From: an uncultured bacterium
Lineage (GTDB): Bacteria; Patescibacteriota; Minisyncoccia; UBA6257; GWB1-50-10
Length of the DNA: 64,000 nt
Assembly (NCBI GenBank): GCA_963768835.1
Contig: CAVYJB010000001.1
Span: 216,420 to 280,419, forward strand
Direction: 5' to 3'
A program made the position numbers and the translations under genes. Of the stretch, positions 38,368 through 48,198 are shown piece by piece. The notes beneath the pieces were generated by a model. It was not told the origin of the DNA and did no database searches. It worked only from the letters and a program-made list of their open reading frames with translations. How positions within the stretch are numbered: position 1 is the stretch's first letter; each line of letters opens with the position of its first letter.

Positions 38368-39558
38368 TCATCCCGCAGGCTTCGCGATCCGCTTCTGGTA
38401 GGAACGATAACTGAGAAGCCCCAGGCCAAGAACCGCCATCCCGAGAATGGTAAGGGAACGGAGCAGATCGAGCTCGTGGATCATGAACCCGAATCCCGCC
38501 AACCCAACGATGGCGACGAGATTCGAGGTGGAAGACTGCACCGAAAGCACGGTGGCGCGTATCTCGCTCGTGATGTGCCGGTTCAGATAGTCTCCCACGA
38601 AAGGGCGCATGAACCCCCGCACGATGTTCTGCACGATCACGAGGTACGCGAACGGGCCTATCGGCACGAGCCCCATCAGGAGAATCGGAACCCCGATGCA
38701 CAGCACCATGCCAAGCAGGCAGCGCCGTTCCCCCACAATGCGTTCCAGCTGATACGCATGGGAACTCGCGAGCCACGCGACGGCGTTCAGAAGAAAGAAG
38801 ATGAGGCCGTACTGAGCGATGTCCACGCCCACGAGCTCAAAATAAGGATTGTACGTGAAGAACCACAGCTTCGAGGTCGTGGCGAGAAGCGCCGCAAACC
38901 CCACCATCCATCGAACTTCGACGGAGCGGGCCACGAAGGCACCTCCCCCTTTCAAGATCCCCAGCTGCCTTCGTATGGAGTAGCGTTCCGTCCGCACAGG
39001 CTCCTTCCAGAAGAGCGACGCGGCGAGCGGGATAAGCAGGAAGGGCAGACCCAGATAAATCGGAAAGCGAAGATTGATGCGCGCCAGAAAGCCCACCCCA
39101 AGCGAACAGAAGGCGACGAGGATTAGGCGCGACCCGATCGCTCCTCCCTCAATGCGCTTGTACTCACCCTGCCTCCCCTGCTCCTTGAGTGTATCGTAGA
39201 GCAGCGCCGTGTCCGCCCCCGACTGCAGCGAGAAACCGAATGCCCAGAGAATGTCCGCGATCCAAGCCACAAGCGGGCTCGACATGACCGCGAAGAGGAC
39301 GGCACTCCCCAGCAGAAACAGTCTCCCGATCGTAATGGTCCGCTGTCGACCAATGAGGTCCGCCAGGGCTCCTGACGGGACATCGGTCAGCACGCAGATA
39401 CCGAGTACCACCGCCTCCATATAGTAGATGTCCGGCAAGGACATCTGGGCCAGGCTCCGGAGCGCGGTGATGAGGATAGGACCCCAGAAAAGAGGTTCGT
39501 TGAAGATGGCGTAGAAGCGGTACAGAGAAACATTCCGGTTGCTTTCGTTCTCGTTCAT
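38368..39558 (-). CDS. MFS transporter
   Basis: 12 predicted TM helices, 396 aa. Confidence 0.8.
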   Translation of the reverse strand: MNENESNRNVSLYRFYAIFNEPLFWGPILITALRSLAQMSLPDIYYMEAVVLGICVLTDVPSGALADLIGRQRTITIGRLFLLGSAVLFAVMSSPLVAWIADILWAFGFSLQSGADTALLYDTLKEQGRQGEYKRIEGGAIGSRLILVAFCSLGVGFLARINLRFPIYLGLPFLLIPLAASLFWKEPVRTERYSIRRQLGILKGGGAFVARSVEVRWMVGFAALLATTSKLWFFTYNPYFELVGVDIAQYGLIFFLLNAVAWLASSHAYQLERIVGERRCLLGMVLCIGVPILLMGLVPIGPFAYLVIVQNIVRGFMRPFVGDYLNRHITSEIRATVLSVQSSTSNLVAIVGLAGFGFMIHELDLLRSLTILGMAVLGLGLLSYRSYQKRIAKPAG

Positions 39559-39845
39559 GACGTCCTCCTAGTGGATGAATGTGAGTTGTAAAGGAACTGG
39601 CTGAATAAAAACCTCGGCTTCTATTCAGCCGAGGTTCTTCTAAGAGGACGATGAATGTGTTTCCTTAGGAAGAGATATAAAAACCGCGGCTGAATACAAT
39701 TTGTTCACCATTGCCATCGACAATGGAGAAGGACGCCCACGACTGCGGGGCGGTATACTTCATATTCAGGCTGCAATTTTTCCTATGCATGATTCTATTA
39801 ATCCATACCCCTGAAGATGTGTCAACCGGGGGGCTTGTGGCGCCA

Positions 39846-39878
39846 GACAAAAAGAGCGCCCCGATTCGTCGGGGCGCT
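39846..39878 (-). terminator. rho-independent terminator downstream of rplU
   Basis: agcgccccga-ttcg-tcggggcgct hairpin followed on the minus strand by ctctttttgt. Confidence 0.75.
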
Positions 39879-39880
39879 TT

Positions 39881-40189
39881 CTAGATCTTCGTTACCTCCA
39901 CCTCGGTGAAATCCTGGCGGTGGGTCTTTTTCTTGCGATAGCGGGTCTTCGCATGATAGCGAAAAACGATGACTTTCGGCGTGCGACCAATCCGCAGGAC
40001 CTTCGCTTCCACTGCGGCGCCCGGAAGATAGGGCGTGCCGATCTCGGCGGAGCCCGCCTTGCTCTTCAAGAGCACTCGGTCAAATTTGACCGACGCCCCC
40101 GCCTCCCCAGGGACGATCTCCACCCGAAGCTTCGTGCCGGGGGATACCCGGTACTGTTTTCCCCCAGTTTCGATAATAGCGAAATCCAT
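39881..40189 (-). CDS. rplU: 50S ribosomal protein L21
   Basis: MDFAIIETGGKQYRVSPG...KVIVFRYHAKTRYRKKKTHRQ; ORF extends upstream but L21 homology starts at 40189. Confidence 0.9.
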   Translation of the reverse strand: MDFAIIETGGKQYRVSPGTKLRVEIVPGEAGASVKFDRVLLKSKAGSAEIGTPYLPGAAVEAKVLRIGRTPKVIVFRYHAKTRYRKKKTHRQDFTEVEVTKI

Positions 40190-40241
40190 AGCAAGGAGAG
40201 TGTAGCATAGGGGGGCCCGCCAATGCAACCCAGAAACGAAC

Positions 40242-40272
40242 GCCGCCCCGACGTCTGTCGGGGCGGGTTTTG
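40242..40272. terminator. terminator-like 10-bp GC hairpin
   Basis: ccgccccgac-gtct-gtcggggcgg then gttttgc; lies between the membrane-protein gene and rplU. Confidence 0.45.
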
Positions 40273-40293
40273 CAATCGATTCTGCGCGAAGGC

Positions 40294-40977
40294 CTAGTGG
40301 GATTCCAACCGGTCCTTCAGACGACCAATAAGAGTCTCCGCATAGCCCTTGCCGCCCAGCCCGAACGCGATACCTCCGCCGATGGCAATCATGGCCACGA
40401 TGCCCGTCACGAGGGACTGAATGATGGCCGACGCGATGCCCAGCTGCTGAAGAGCGGCCAGGAATCCGAATACCACCACCGCCCACCACGTGAGCGAGGA
40501 AAGGAAGTGCGATCCGTTGAGCTCCGCGCTCTTCACAGAGGCCCGGACGATGTGCCGGAGGAAGTTCCCCAGCACGAACGCCGCGAGCATGATAAGGACC
40601 GCCGCGATGACGTTCGGAACATAGAGAAGCGCCGCATTCAGGAAGTTCGAAAGCGAGTAGAAGCCGAGGACGTTGCTCATGACAAGCAGCGTGAGGACGA
40701 CAAAGAACCAGTACACCAATTTCCCTAGGAAATGGGAGCTGTTAATCTGCATCCCCGCTCGGTCAAAGAACGACTTAAGGCCCAGACTCACCAGAAACTT
40801 ATCGAGTTTCGCGAGCCGCACCAGCCGCTCCACAAGGGCCCCAATACCACTGGCAACAATAAGGCCCACCACGAGCACGATGAGTGCCCCGATGATGACC
40901 CAGAGGGTTCCAATGAAGCCGGACCAGAGATTCACAAGCGAACTCACGATAACCGACGCCCAATCTTGAACAACCAT
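40294..40977 (-). CDS. membrane protein with repeated TM helices (MscS-associated TM-helix-repeat-like)
   Basis: 227 aa, about 6 TM helices, Gly/Ala-rich. Confidence 0.65.
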   Translation of the reverse strand: MVVQDWASVIVSSLVNLWSGFIGTLWVIIGALIVLVVGLIVASGIGALVERLVRLAKLDKFLVSLGLKSFFDRAGMQINSSHFLGKLVYWFFVVLTLLVMSNVLGFYSLSNFLNAALLYVPNVIAAVLIMLAAFVLGNFLRHIVRASVKSAELNGSHFLSSLTWWAVVVFGFLAALQQLGIASAIIQSLVTGIVAMIAIGGGIAFGLGGKGYAETLIGRLKDRLESH

Positions 40978-41046
40978 GTCTTGTTAGATGTATTTCTGTG
41001 TACGTATCGACCTTTGGCTACCCAGTGGTTATAGTATAGCATACCG

Positions 41047-41814
41047 ATGGCCCCTTCGCCGACGAACCGCGGCGCGAGCGGAAACCCCTCAGGATTTTCA
41101 AGCAGAATGAAACTCAAAGCGAATCTTCATCTTCATACATCCGACGATCCCGAAGATGCCGTCTCCTACACCTGGCACGACGCCGTGGATGAGGCGCAGC
41201 GGCTCGGCTTTGACGTCCTTGCCCACTCCTGCCACCACGTATTCATCGACCGCCCCGAGTATCGGGCCTACGCAGCCGAACATGGTGTTCTCTGCATCCC
41301 TGGCGTCGAGCGTGACATCGAAAAACGCCACGTTCTCATCCTGAATGCGGACCGTTCCATCGAGTCCGTCAACACGTTTCAGGGCCTTGCAGCATACCGT
41401 GCCAACCACCCCGAAGCTTTCGTCATCGCCCCGCACCCTTTCTACTATGGAGATTTCTCCCTGAAGGAGAAGCTGGAGCCTAATATCCGCCTCTTCGACG
41501 CCATCGAGGAGTCTTGGTTCTACTCAAAGTGGTTCAACCGTAACCTCCGCGCCGCGCGGGTCGCGGAACGCTACCACCTTCCCTTCATCACCACATCGGA
41601 TACCCACGTTCTCCGGTTCCTCGGCGTGAGCTACGCGGAGATCGACGCAGAAGCAAAGACCGTCGAGGCCGTGTTCGCGGCCATCCGCGCGAAGCGGTTC
41701 CGGAACGTGAACGAACCTCGACGGTTCTGGCACGACATGGTCGGAGATACCCTTGTCCCTGAAGTCATGAAGCGCCTTCGGCGCACTCTCGGTCCGAAAA
41801 GCCCCCCAAAATAA
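41047..41814 (+). CDS. PHP-domain metal-dependent phosphoesterase
   Basis: LHLHTSDDPEDAVSYT...AHSCHH histidine clusters typical of PHP family. Confidence 0.75.
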   Translation: MAPSPTNRGASGNPSGFSSRMKLKANLHLHTSDDPEDAVSYTWHDAVDEAQRLGFDVLAHSCHHVFIDRPEYRAYAAEHGVLCIPGVERDIEKRHVLILNADRSIESVNTFQGLAAYRANHPEAFVIAPHPFYYGDFSLKEKLEPNIRLFDAIEESWFYSKWFNRNLRAARVAERYHLPFITTSDTHVLRFLGVSYAEIDAEAKTVEAVFAAIRAKRFRNVNEPRRFWHDMVGDTLVPEVMKRLRRTLGPKSPPK

Positions 41815-41861
41815 AACGCGGCGCAACTCAGAGAGCGCGCCGCGCCGCAAAACCCATCCCG

Positions 41862-42575
41862 CTACGGGTGCCACCGCTCCAAACCCGTTTCATCCATCCG
41901 ATCATACTGGTACCCTCTCCCATCAAGAGAATCGAGGAGGGTCGGCAAGGCGTCCACGATGCACTCTCGCTCCGGAAAAACGAGAACGTGGAAATATCTT
42001 CCTTTCCGCTCGCGCTCTCGGACCAGCTCCCAGGCTCGCTGGAACGCCGCCAGCGGCGTGAACCCGGGGTCGGTGTAGGAGGCGGCCGCCACGTACGGGC
42101 TGTTCGCATCCAGAACTGTTAGGTGGTACTTTTCCATCAAGAGATTATCCAGCGCGGGAGAGGACTTCCAGAACGGAGGAAGGAAGAATCGCGGTGGGCG
42201 CCGAGTCGCTTCCCTAATAACATCCGCTGTCTTCTGGATTCCCTCGACTGCCGTGTCCGGATTCTCCCGATACCACTTTGCAATATCGATGTGTTCCCAA
42301 CCGTGACTCTCCACTTCATGCCCCTCATCATCCTCTCGCATGACCCATGTTTCCTCCTGTTCGGCCGTCTCGCCAGTGACGAAAAATGTCGCTCTGATGT
42401 GCCGCTTTGCCAGCAGCGGAAGAAGTTTTTCTAGAACCTCAGGCTCCGGCCCTCCTGTGAAGACCAGGGCTACGCGCCGAGTCCGATCCTCGCGTTCCAA
42501 GCAGCGGAACTCGAGGAAAAGCAGCCCGACTGCGAAAACCACGAACACGACCCAGGTAAAGCGTCCTTTTCGCAT
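41862..42575 (-). CDS. polysaccharide deacetylase (NodB-fold) with N-terminal anchor
   Basis: VFTGGPEPE, ATFFVTG and HGWEH motifs of the CE4 family. Confidence 0.8.
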   Translation of the reverse strand: MRKGRFTWVVFVVFAVGLLFLEFRCLEREDRTRRVALVFTGGPEPEVLEKLLPLLAKRHIRATFFVTGETAEQEETWVMREDDEGHEVESHGWEHIDIAKWYRENPDTAVEGIQKTADVIREATRRPPRFFLPPFWKSSPALDNLLMEKYHLTVLDANSPYVAAASYTDPGFTPLAAFQRAWELVRERERKGRYFHVLVFPERECIVDALPTLLDSLDGRGYQYDRMDETGLERWHP

Positions 42576-42648
42576 CGCAGGACCCTTTCAGATTGTTACC
42601 GAATGCTGCAATGCTTATACATCGAACACGCGCATGCGTCAAGATTAG

Positions 42649-42676
42649 TTGACCACCAACGGATTTTGCCCTATGG
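42649..42676 (+). promoter_or_regulatory. candidate promoter for tRNA-Pro
   Basis: TTGACC - 16 nt - TATGGT, about 18 nt upstream of tRNA 5' end. Confidence 0.35.
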
Positions 42677-42693
42677 TTGATGATGCTCCTGCT

Positions 42694-42764
42694 CCGGGGC
42701 GGAGTATGCCGGTAGTACGCACGCTTCGGGTGCGTGTAGACTGGGTTCGATTCCCAGCGCCCCG
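42694..42764 (+). tRNA. tRNA-Pro (anticodon CGG), C1:G72, no encoded CCA
   Basis: manual fold: 7-bp acceptor CGGGGCG/CGCCCCG, D-arm GTAT-GCCGGTA-GTAC, anticodon arm CACGC-TTCGGGT-GCGTG (U33, CGG, G37), T-arm CTGGG-TTCGATT-CCCAG. Confidence 0.8.
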
Positions 42765-42769
42765 ACACT

Positions 42770-43444
42770 ATGAAGGTTCTCATCTTCGGAAAAGAGGATG
42801 CTGTCATCCCGAAACTTGCGCAGGACGCCGGCCTCGAGGTCGTGTCTTCCAACCCTGAATTCGTTCTTTGCTATGGAGGCGACGGGACTCTGATGCAGGC
42901 GGAACACGCATTCCCTGGTATCCCCAAGGTGCTTCTGCGCGGGAGCGCCGTTTGCAAGAAGTGTTCGCGGCTTCCCAACGATGAGGTTCTACGGCGCATC
43001 GTGAAGGGAACCTACCGCATCGAGGAGCTCCCCAAGCTCGAGGCGCGCGCGAAGGGAAAGGCGCTTTGGGCGTTGAACGATATTATCGTGCACAATCAGA
43101 ACCCCCGGCACGCAATTCGGTACCGGCTCACGGTGGATGAGACACCAGAAGGAGAAGAGATTATCGGAGATGGGGTGGTGGTCGCAACCCCGTTCGGGTC
43201 GAGCGGCTACTACCGCAGCATCACGGACAGTTTCTTCGAGGTTGGCATCGGACTCGCTTTCAATAACTCGACGGAACAGTCCGACCACATGGTGCTCCGG
43301 GACGACCGGACCGTCCGACTCACGATCCTCAGGGGCCCCGCGGTGGTCTATGCAGACAACCAAGAGGAGAACATCGCGCTCGCCGAAGGCGACGTGATCG
43401 AGGTGAAAAAATCGGAAAAGCTTGCTAGAATGGTAGCCGTGTAA
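42770..43444 (+). CDS. nadK: NAD(+) kinase
   Basis: GGDGT motif (VLCYGGDGTLMQA) and NE/DD catalytic regions; 224 aa. Confidence 0.9.
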   Translation: MKVLIFGKEDAVIPKLAQDAGLEVVSSNPEFVLCYGGDGTLMQAEHAFPGIPKVLLRGSAVCKKCSRLPNDEVLRRIVKGTYRIEELPKLEARAKGKALWALNDIIVHNQNPRHAIRYRLTVDETPEGEEIIGDGVVVATPFGSSGYYRSITDSFFEVGIGLAFNNSTEQSDHMVLRDDRTVRLTILRGPAVVYADNQEENIALAEGDVIEVKKSEKLARMVAV

Positions 43445-43518
43445 GGGCCTATGGTTCAGTGGTAGAACGCGGCATTCGCATTGCCGAGACGGGAGTTCGA
43501 TTCTCCCTAGGTCCACCA
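43445..43518 (+). tRNA. tRNA-Ala (anticodon CGC), CCA encoded
   Basis: manual fold: acceptor GGGCCTA with G3:U70, D-arm GTTC-AGTGGTA-GAAC, anticodon arm CGGCA-TTCGCAT-TGCCG, T-arm GGGAG-TTCGATT-CTCCC, ACCA 3' end. Confidence 0.9.
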
Positions 43519-45013
43519 AAGTTCATCTCTCTCAAAAATATTTTGGACGCTTCGCGTCTTCTCCTGCGTTTCGGCCAGAGAGGAAAAGGGTTTTTTGAAA
43601 TCCACTACGAGCGTTCCCGAGGCAAGGCGGCGGTTCGAGCCGATGGCGGCAAGAAAATCTTTCATCGGTATCGGATTTTCTTGGTTAGTCAGATTTAGGG
43701 CTTGGTTGGCTTCGATTATCCAGTTTCTGAAAAGTCCGAGCCAACGATTTCCCTTTCGCTCAAAATCGCCCAGTTGCTCGTCGAGCGTCTTCTTTTCGGA
43801 CAGGAGCCGGTTCTTCGTCTCCTGATATTCTTGAAGCTCGAACGAGCCGGAAAGATAGCCGTCGTTGAGGCGGTCAATCTTCATTTTAACGGCGGCTATC
43901 TTCGTCCTTAGATTTTGCGCGAAAGCGTCCGACGAGCGGCGGGCTTCGCCCGTTTCCCCGTCCAGTTTCAATAAATATTTATCTCGCCACTCGTCGGGCA
44001 AAGAAGCTTTTTGGACTAGCTCCTTAACTTGTCCGGCAAGAACCTCCTCCCGCACAAAGCGGGTTTGCGAACAGACCTGCGTCTTGCTCTTGAAGGTGCA
44101 GTGATAGTAATGGTAAGTCCTGCCGTTCTTCTTCACCTTCCGCTCGCCCGTGATGGCATAGCCGCACTCGCCGCAGAGTCGCAAACCCGAGAAACGGGAA
44201 ATTCTTGTCGCCGCGCTTTTTGCGGGGCTTGCCGTTCAAGACCAGTGCCTCCTGTATCTCATCAAAAAGCTTCTTGGAAATCATCGGCGTATGCGAACCC
44301 TCGTGCACCTCGCCACGATAGCGGAAATGGCCGTAGTAGAACGGGTTGGTCAAAATCTTCTGAATGGAGGATAAGGCGAGGGGTTTGCCGTCCCTGCTCG
44401 TGAGCCCCACGGAAAACATCTTGTCCCGTATGGCCGTCTTCGTGTACCGCCCCGTGGCAAAAGCTTCAAGACATTCCTTCACTTTATTAAAAGTATTTTT
44501 ATCCGGCTCGATCGTACGCAAGCGCGGCTCGTTGAAATATCCCATCGGAGCTTTTGCCGACAGCTCGCCCCGCCGTATCTTCTGCCGTATGCCCCGCAAG
44601 ATGTTTTCCCGCAAATTGTCGGTGTAATACTTGGCCTGCCCGAACGCGACCGATAACATAAATTTTCCTTGCGGGGTCGGCTCAAACCAGAAGGTAGGAA
44701 ATTTGAGCGAAACAATATTGCCCGTGTCCACGAGATAGATGACCCTGCCGCCGTCCACGCTATTCCGTGCCAGTCGGTCGGGGTTCCACGCCAAGATGCC
44801 GGAAGCGACGCCCTGCTCAATCTGCGCCACCATCTCGCCGAACACAGGGCGGCCGGGTTCCTTCGCACTCTGGCTCTCGGTGTATTCGCGGACGATGAAA
44901 AGATTATTTTGCTCCGCGAACGCGCGAAGTTCGGCGAGCTGGGCTTCAATTGAAAGCACTTGACGCTCCTCGTCCTCCGACGACTTCCGGCAATAGATAA
45001 AATATTTATTCAT
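43507..45013 (-). pseudogene. large serine recombinase, frameshifted (N-terminal resolvase/recombinase domains 44024..45013; C-terminal zinc-ribbon/coiled-coil 43507..44184)
   Basis: N-ORF has [10 protein letters not shown] catalytic Ser region; C-ORF starts with zinc ribbon [12 protein letters not shown]; frames differ by 1 nt near 44175-44195 within ccc/aaa/ggg runs; C-terminus reads DELWWT through the tRNA-Ala 3' end. Confidence 0.8.
43513..43636. repeat. inverted repeat A, left copy (~125 bp, starts on tRNA-Ala CCACCA)
   Basis: reverse complement matches 45092..45216 with 1 mismatch seen. Confidence 0.85.
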
Positions 45014-45091
45014 AAGTTTGTACCGACAATTTTATAAATCTTCGCCGCCATCGGCTCTTGCGCGGATGAGCGCAAAACAAATTCCATTTGT

Positions 45092-45216
45092 AGAACCGCC
45101 GCCTTGCCTCGGGAACGCTCGTAGTGGATTTCAAAAAGCCCTTTTCCTCTCTGGCCGAAACGCAGGAGAAGACGCGAAGCGTCCAAAATATTTTTGAGAG
45201 AGATGAACTTTGGTGG
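45092..45216. repeat. inverted repeat A, right copy (ends in TGGTGG = inverted CCACCA)
   Basis: reverse complement of 43513..43636. Confidence 0.85.
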
Positions 45217-45478
45217 TGTTTGTATCATACAATTCGGACGCATTTCAAGCAAAATTCCTGACCGATTTACCCCATCACTTACCCCATCATGCGCTACCCC
45301 TCGGAGTGATGGGGTAGCAAGTCGAGATTGATCTGAAAAATATGGGCTTCGGGATGTCGCCGGAGAAAATCCAAAGTCCTACTTCACTCCGCTAGACCCC
45401 CTCCGAGATGGTGTGCTCAGCCCCTCGGCCTGCTGGCCTCGGGACTTCGCGTATGGCGCGCCCAAATTCCTCCCCCAA
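45211..45478. repeat. inverted repeat B, left copy (~268 bp, begins at the inverted CCACCA)
   Basis: reverse complement matches 48199..48465; contains internal palindromes (gctacccc...ggggtagc). Confidence 0.85.
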
Positions 45479-45528
45479 AAATAATATACCAAACTGGTAT
45501 ATTCCACAATCGATTATAACGTGTTAGT

Positions 45529-45753
45529 ATGTCTATGTCGAAGAAATACCAGCCAAAGTATCGGAAGCTAACACAGAAACTCCGCGCAGCACGCCTAGAA
45601 GCAGGATTTACTCAGGTAGAGGCGGGTAAGCGATTGAAAAGGCCGCAGGCTTATCTATCAAAAATCGAACGAGGTGAGCGCGGCGTGGATGCGGTAGAAT
45701 TGGCAGAGTTTGCAAATGTGTACGGCAAGAATATTAATTATTTCATAAAATAA
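45529..45753 (+). CDS. XRE-family helix-turn-helix transcriptional regulator
   Basis: LRAARLEAGFTQVEAGKRL...YLSKIERGER HTH_3 pattern; AT-rich. Confidence 0.85.
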   Translation: MSMSKKYQPKYRKLTQKLRAARLEAGFTQVEAGKRLKRPQAYLSKIERGERGVDAVELAEFANVYGKNINYFIK

Positions 45754-45758
45754 ACGGC

Positions 45759-47375
45759 ATGGAAGGAAGTGAGGATAACAAGGTTTTTTCCACTAGAACC
45801 ATCGTCATTACGATATTAATTATCGTGGGAGTTGTGTGCCTGGTAGCTTATATTAGCAACTCCTTTAGTAATAATGGAATTAGTACAAATAACAACACCG
45901 CTAACCAAAATTATTATTCGGCGCAAGGAAACTTCTCCGCCTATTTCCCCTCGCAACCAACATACTCGACTGCTTCTCAAGAATTAACCGCTAACAATGA
46001 AGTCGTTGAAGACGATTACTCTTGGGGACAAAGCGATGGATTCTGGAAGTCCCAACTTGAAGCGACTTATGTCGCTTCACCTTTTCCAAATTCAGCGTTG
46101 ACGCCGCAAAAGAATCTTGAAAGCGAGATACAATATACGGGCAACTCGAGCGCGTTTAATCTCATTTCCTCTACCTCTACAACATTAGATGGTTTTCCGG
46201 CCATCGCTTATGCCATTCAATCCAAATCAAATCCAACCGAATACAATATCGGGAAAGATGTGCTTACCAATCATGGTTTGTATATGCTCGGATATTTTTA
46301 TAGCGGCCAAGAAAATAAACAGCTAGAAAATACTTTTCTCAATTCTTTAACCTTTGGGACTCCTATCAACGCGAACGCGCCGCAAGCACCATCATCGCCA
46401 TCGCAACAAAATACGCAACCAACAAACCAGCAATCGCAAAACTCCGCTCCGAGTACCTCTGGTAGCTTGACGACGACATTAATCAATCGGATTGAGCCAT
46501 CCATTGTTGAGATAAATTGCTATTCAGCAAATGACAGCGTAGTAGTGAGTGGATCCGGCACATCCAATCTCAATAACGGAGTTCTTCATATTACAACTAA
46601 TTATCACGTTTATAATGAAGCTAGCGGAGGAGGAACGCCCACTTGCTATGCTGTTTATCCAGAGCCGCCAGATTTTTCGTACAACGCAGAATATGGAGAT
46701 TATCAACTCGTATTAGTTAGCCATGAATATGATACCGATACCTATGAAGATGAAGCAGAATTTACCATCGGCGCACTATATCCCTCAGCAACGCCATTGA
46801 ACCCTCTGCCATCAATTAATAATTTGCCGCTCACGGGAAGTGGCGGGGTAGGTTGTCCCGATGCAACTGTTGGCGATACCGTAACCGTTTTCGGCTATCC
46901 GGCATCGGGCAACTTACTTGGGATTTCAGAAACGGTAACGCAAGGAACGATAGCCGGCATTCTCCCGGGGCCGATTTATAAATTCGATGGCGCAATTGAT
47001 CATGGTAACTCTGGCGGCCTTGCTGTTTTGAATAAAGATAGTTGCGTTTTAGGCATTCCAACCTTAGGGGACTCGGGGCTTACGGCAGGAATCGGTTATA
47101 TTCAATCATTTAGTCTTGCAAGCCAGCCAGTAACGCAAACTAATGCCCAAATATGTCAAAACAATTATGGTGCATATAGTGTATGGAATGGACAAACCAA
47201 CAGTACAGGTGGGCCGACATGCGATTGCGAAAGAGGTTATGAGTGGAACTCGAACCAGACGGCGTGTGTTGCGCTTACGCCAGATCAAATATGCGAACGA
47301 GATATTGGTGCGGGAAGTTATTATCTGGGCTATGATAATCCAAACGGCACCTTGGCGTGTAGTAGCCCTAACTAA
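45759..47375 (+). CDS. membrane-anchored secreted trypsin-like (S1 family) serine protease with Cys-rich C-terminal domain
   Basis: N-terminal TM anchor; TNYHV (His), D, and DHGNSGG (Ser) catalytic triad context; Asn/Ser/Thr-rich linker; 10 Cys in last 90 aa. Confidence 0.7.
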   Translation: MEGSEDNKVFSTRTIVITILIIVGVVCLVAYISNSFSNNGISTNNNTANQNYYSAQGNFSAYFPSQPTYSTASQELTANNEVVEDDYSWGQSDGFWKSQLEATYVASPFPNSALTPQKNLESEIQYTGNSSAFNLISSTSTTLDGFPAIAYAIQSKSNPTEYNIGKDVLTNHGLYMLGYFYSGQENKQLENTFLNSLTFGTPINANAPQAPSSPSQQNTQPTNQQSQNSAPSTSGSLTTTLINRIEPSIVEINCYSANDSVVVSGSGTSNLNNGVLHITTNYHVYNEASGGGTPTCYAVYPEPPDFSYNAEYGDYQLVLVSHEYDTDTYEDEAEFTIGALYPSATPLNPLPSINNLPLTGSGGVGCPDATVGDTVTVFGYPASGNLLGISETVTQGTIAGILPGPIYKFDGAIDHGNSGGLAVLNKDSCVLGIPTLGDSGLTAGIGYIQSFSLASQPVTQTNAQICQNNYGAYSVWNGQTNSTGGPTCDCERGYEWNSNQTACVALTPDQICERDIGAGSYYLGYDNPNGTLACSSPN

Positions 47376-47383
47376 TAAATCAA

Positions 47384-48043
47384 GTGATGGACTATCTATT
47401 ATCTAACCCTAAATACGAAAAGGAGTTATTAGACGAACTGCCGGAAAAACTGAAACCTACTTTTCAAGAGAAGTTGTCGAGGGTGATGACGGGCTATTGG
47501 AAAACTTTGGCCGAGGCAAGGGCCATCGTTATTTTTTTCAAAAAGCTCAAGTTGTTACCTCCCGAATTTCAGGATATTGATATAAAGACATTCAAAGATA
47601 AAGATGTGGATTTTGCCTTTCTTTTTGATAAAGAAAAAATCAACGTCGAGGTTAAAGGATTTAATCCCGACGACGAAGCGTCCGAAGATTATAGTAGCTT
47701 CGCTATCAACACCGGAGACGATGATATTCGTAGGGCGTTAAAAAGAGCAAACAATAAGTTATTAGAAAATTCTTACAACATCGTCATAATCGCAGACGAA
47801 GACACTTTGCATCCGCTTGGTAATAAGAAGCAGGACGAGTTAGATAAAATTTTTGAAGAGGATTTTTATAAAAAGATAAGTGCTTTTATAATTCTCGGCC
47901 CACTTTGGGCAGGCGACCCATTCAAACAATCCGATTTTCTATCCGGTCCTGCGTTCAAATTTACTAGCATCGCCTACAATAAAAATGCACAAAACCCCTT
48001 ACCCTCAAAGTTAAGGGATGCGCTGGATAAAAATAGGGAGTAA
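47384..48043 (+). CDS. hypothetical protein
   Basis: 219-aa Lys/Asp/Glu-rich ORF, AT-rich, same cargo segment. Confidence 0.6.
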   Translation: MMDYLLSNPKYEKELLDELPEKLKPTFQEKLSRVMTGYWKTLAEARAIVIFFKKLKLLPPEFQDIDIKTFKDKDVDFAFLFDKEKINVEVKGFNPDDEASEDYSSFAINTGDDDIRRALKRANNKLLENSYNIVIIADEDTLHPLGNKKQDELDKIFEEDFYKKISAFIILGPLWAGDPFKQSDFLSGPAFKFTSIAYNKNAQNPLPSKLRDALDKNRE

Positions 48044-48198
48044 TAATCGTCTCTTGCCCGCGCAATGGGAGAGCTGGGGCAAGGGCAAGAACCGCTTTCT
48101 TGAGGGTCAGGCACGCAAGACGTAGGATTTTCCCGCCAGACAGGAATAGGGTCGCAAAACGTGGAACTACCACCTCTGAGCGCGCCCCAAAGGAGGGG

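Noticed and set aside
43459-43698. ORFs 43459..43698 (+) and 45010..45252 (-) sharing PPKFISLKNILDASRLLLRFGQRGKG
   Set aside because: They are antisense readings of the two copies of inverted repeat A (the recombinase C-terminus region) and only reflect the repeat.
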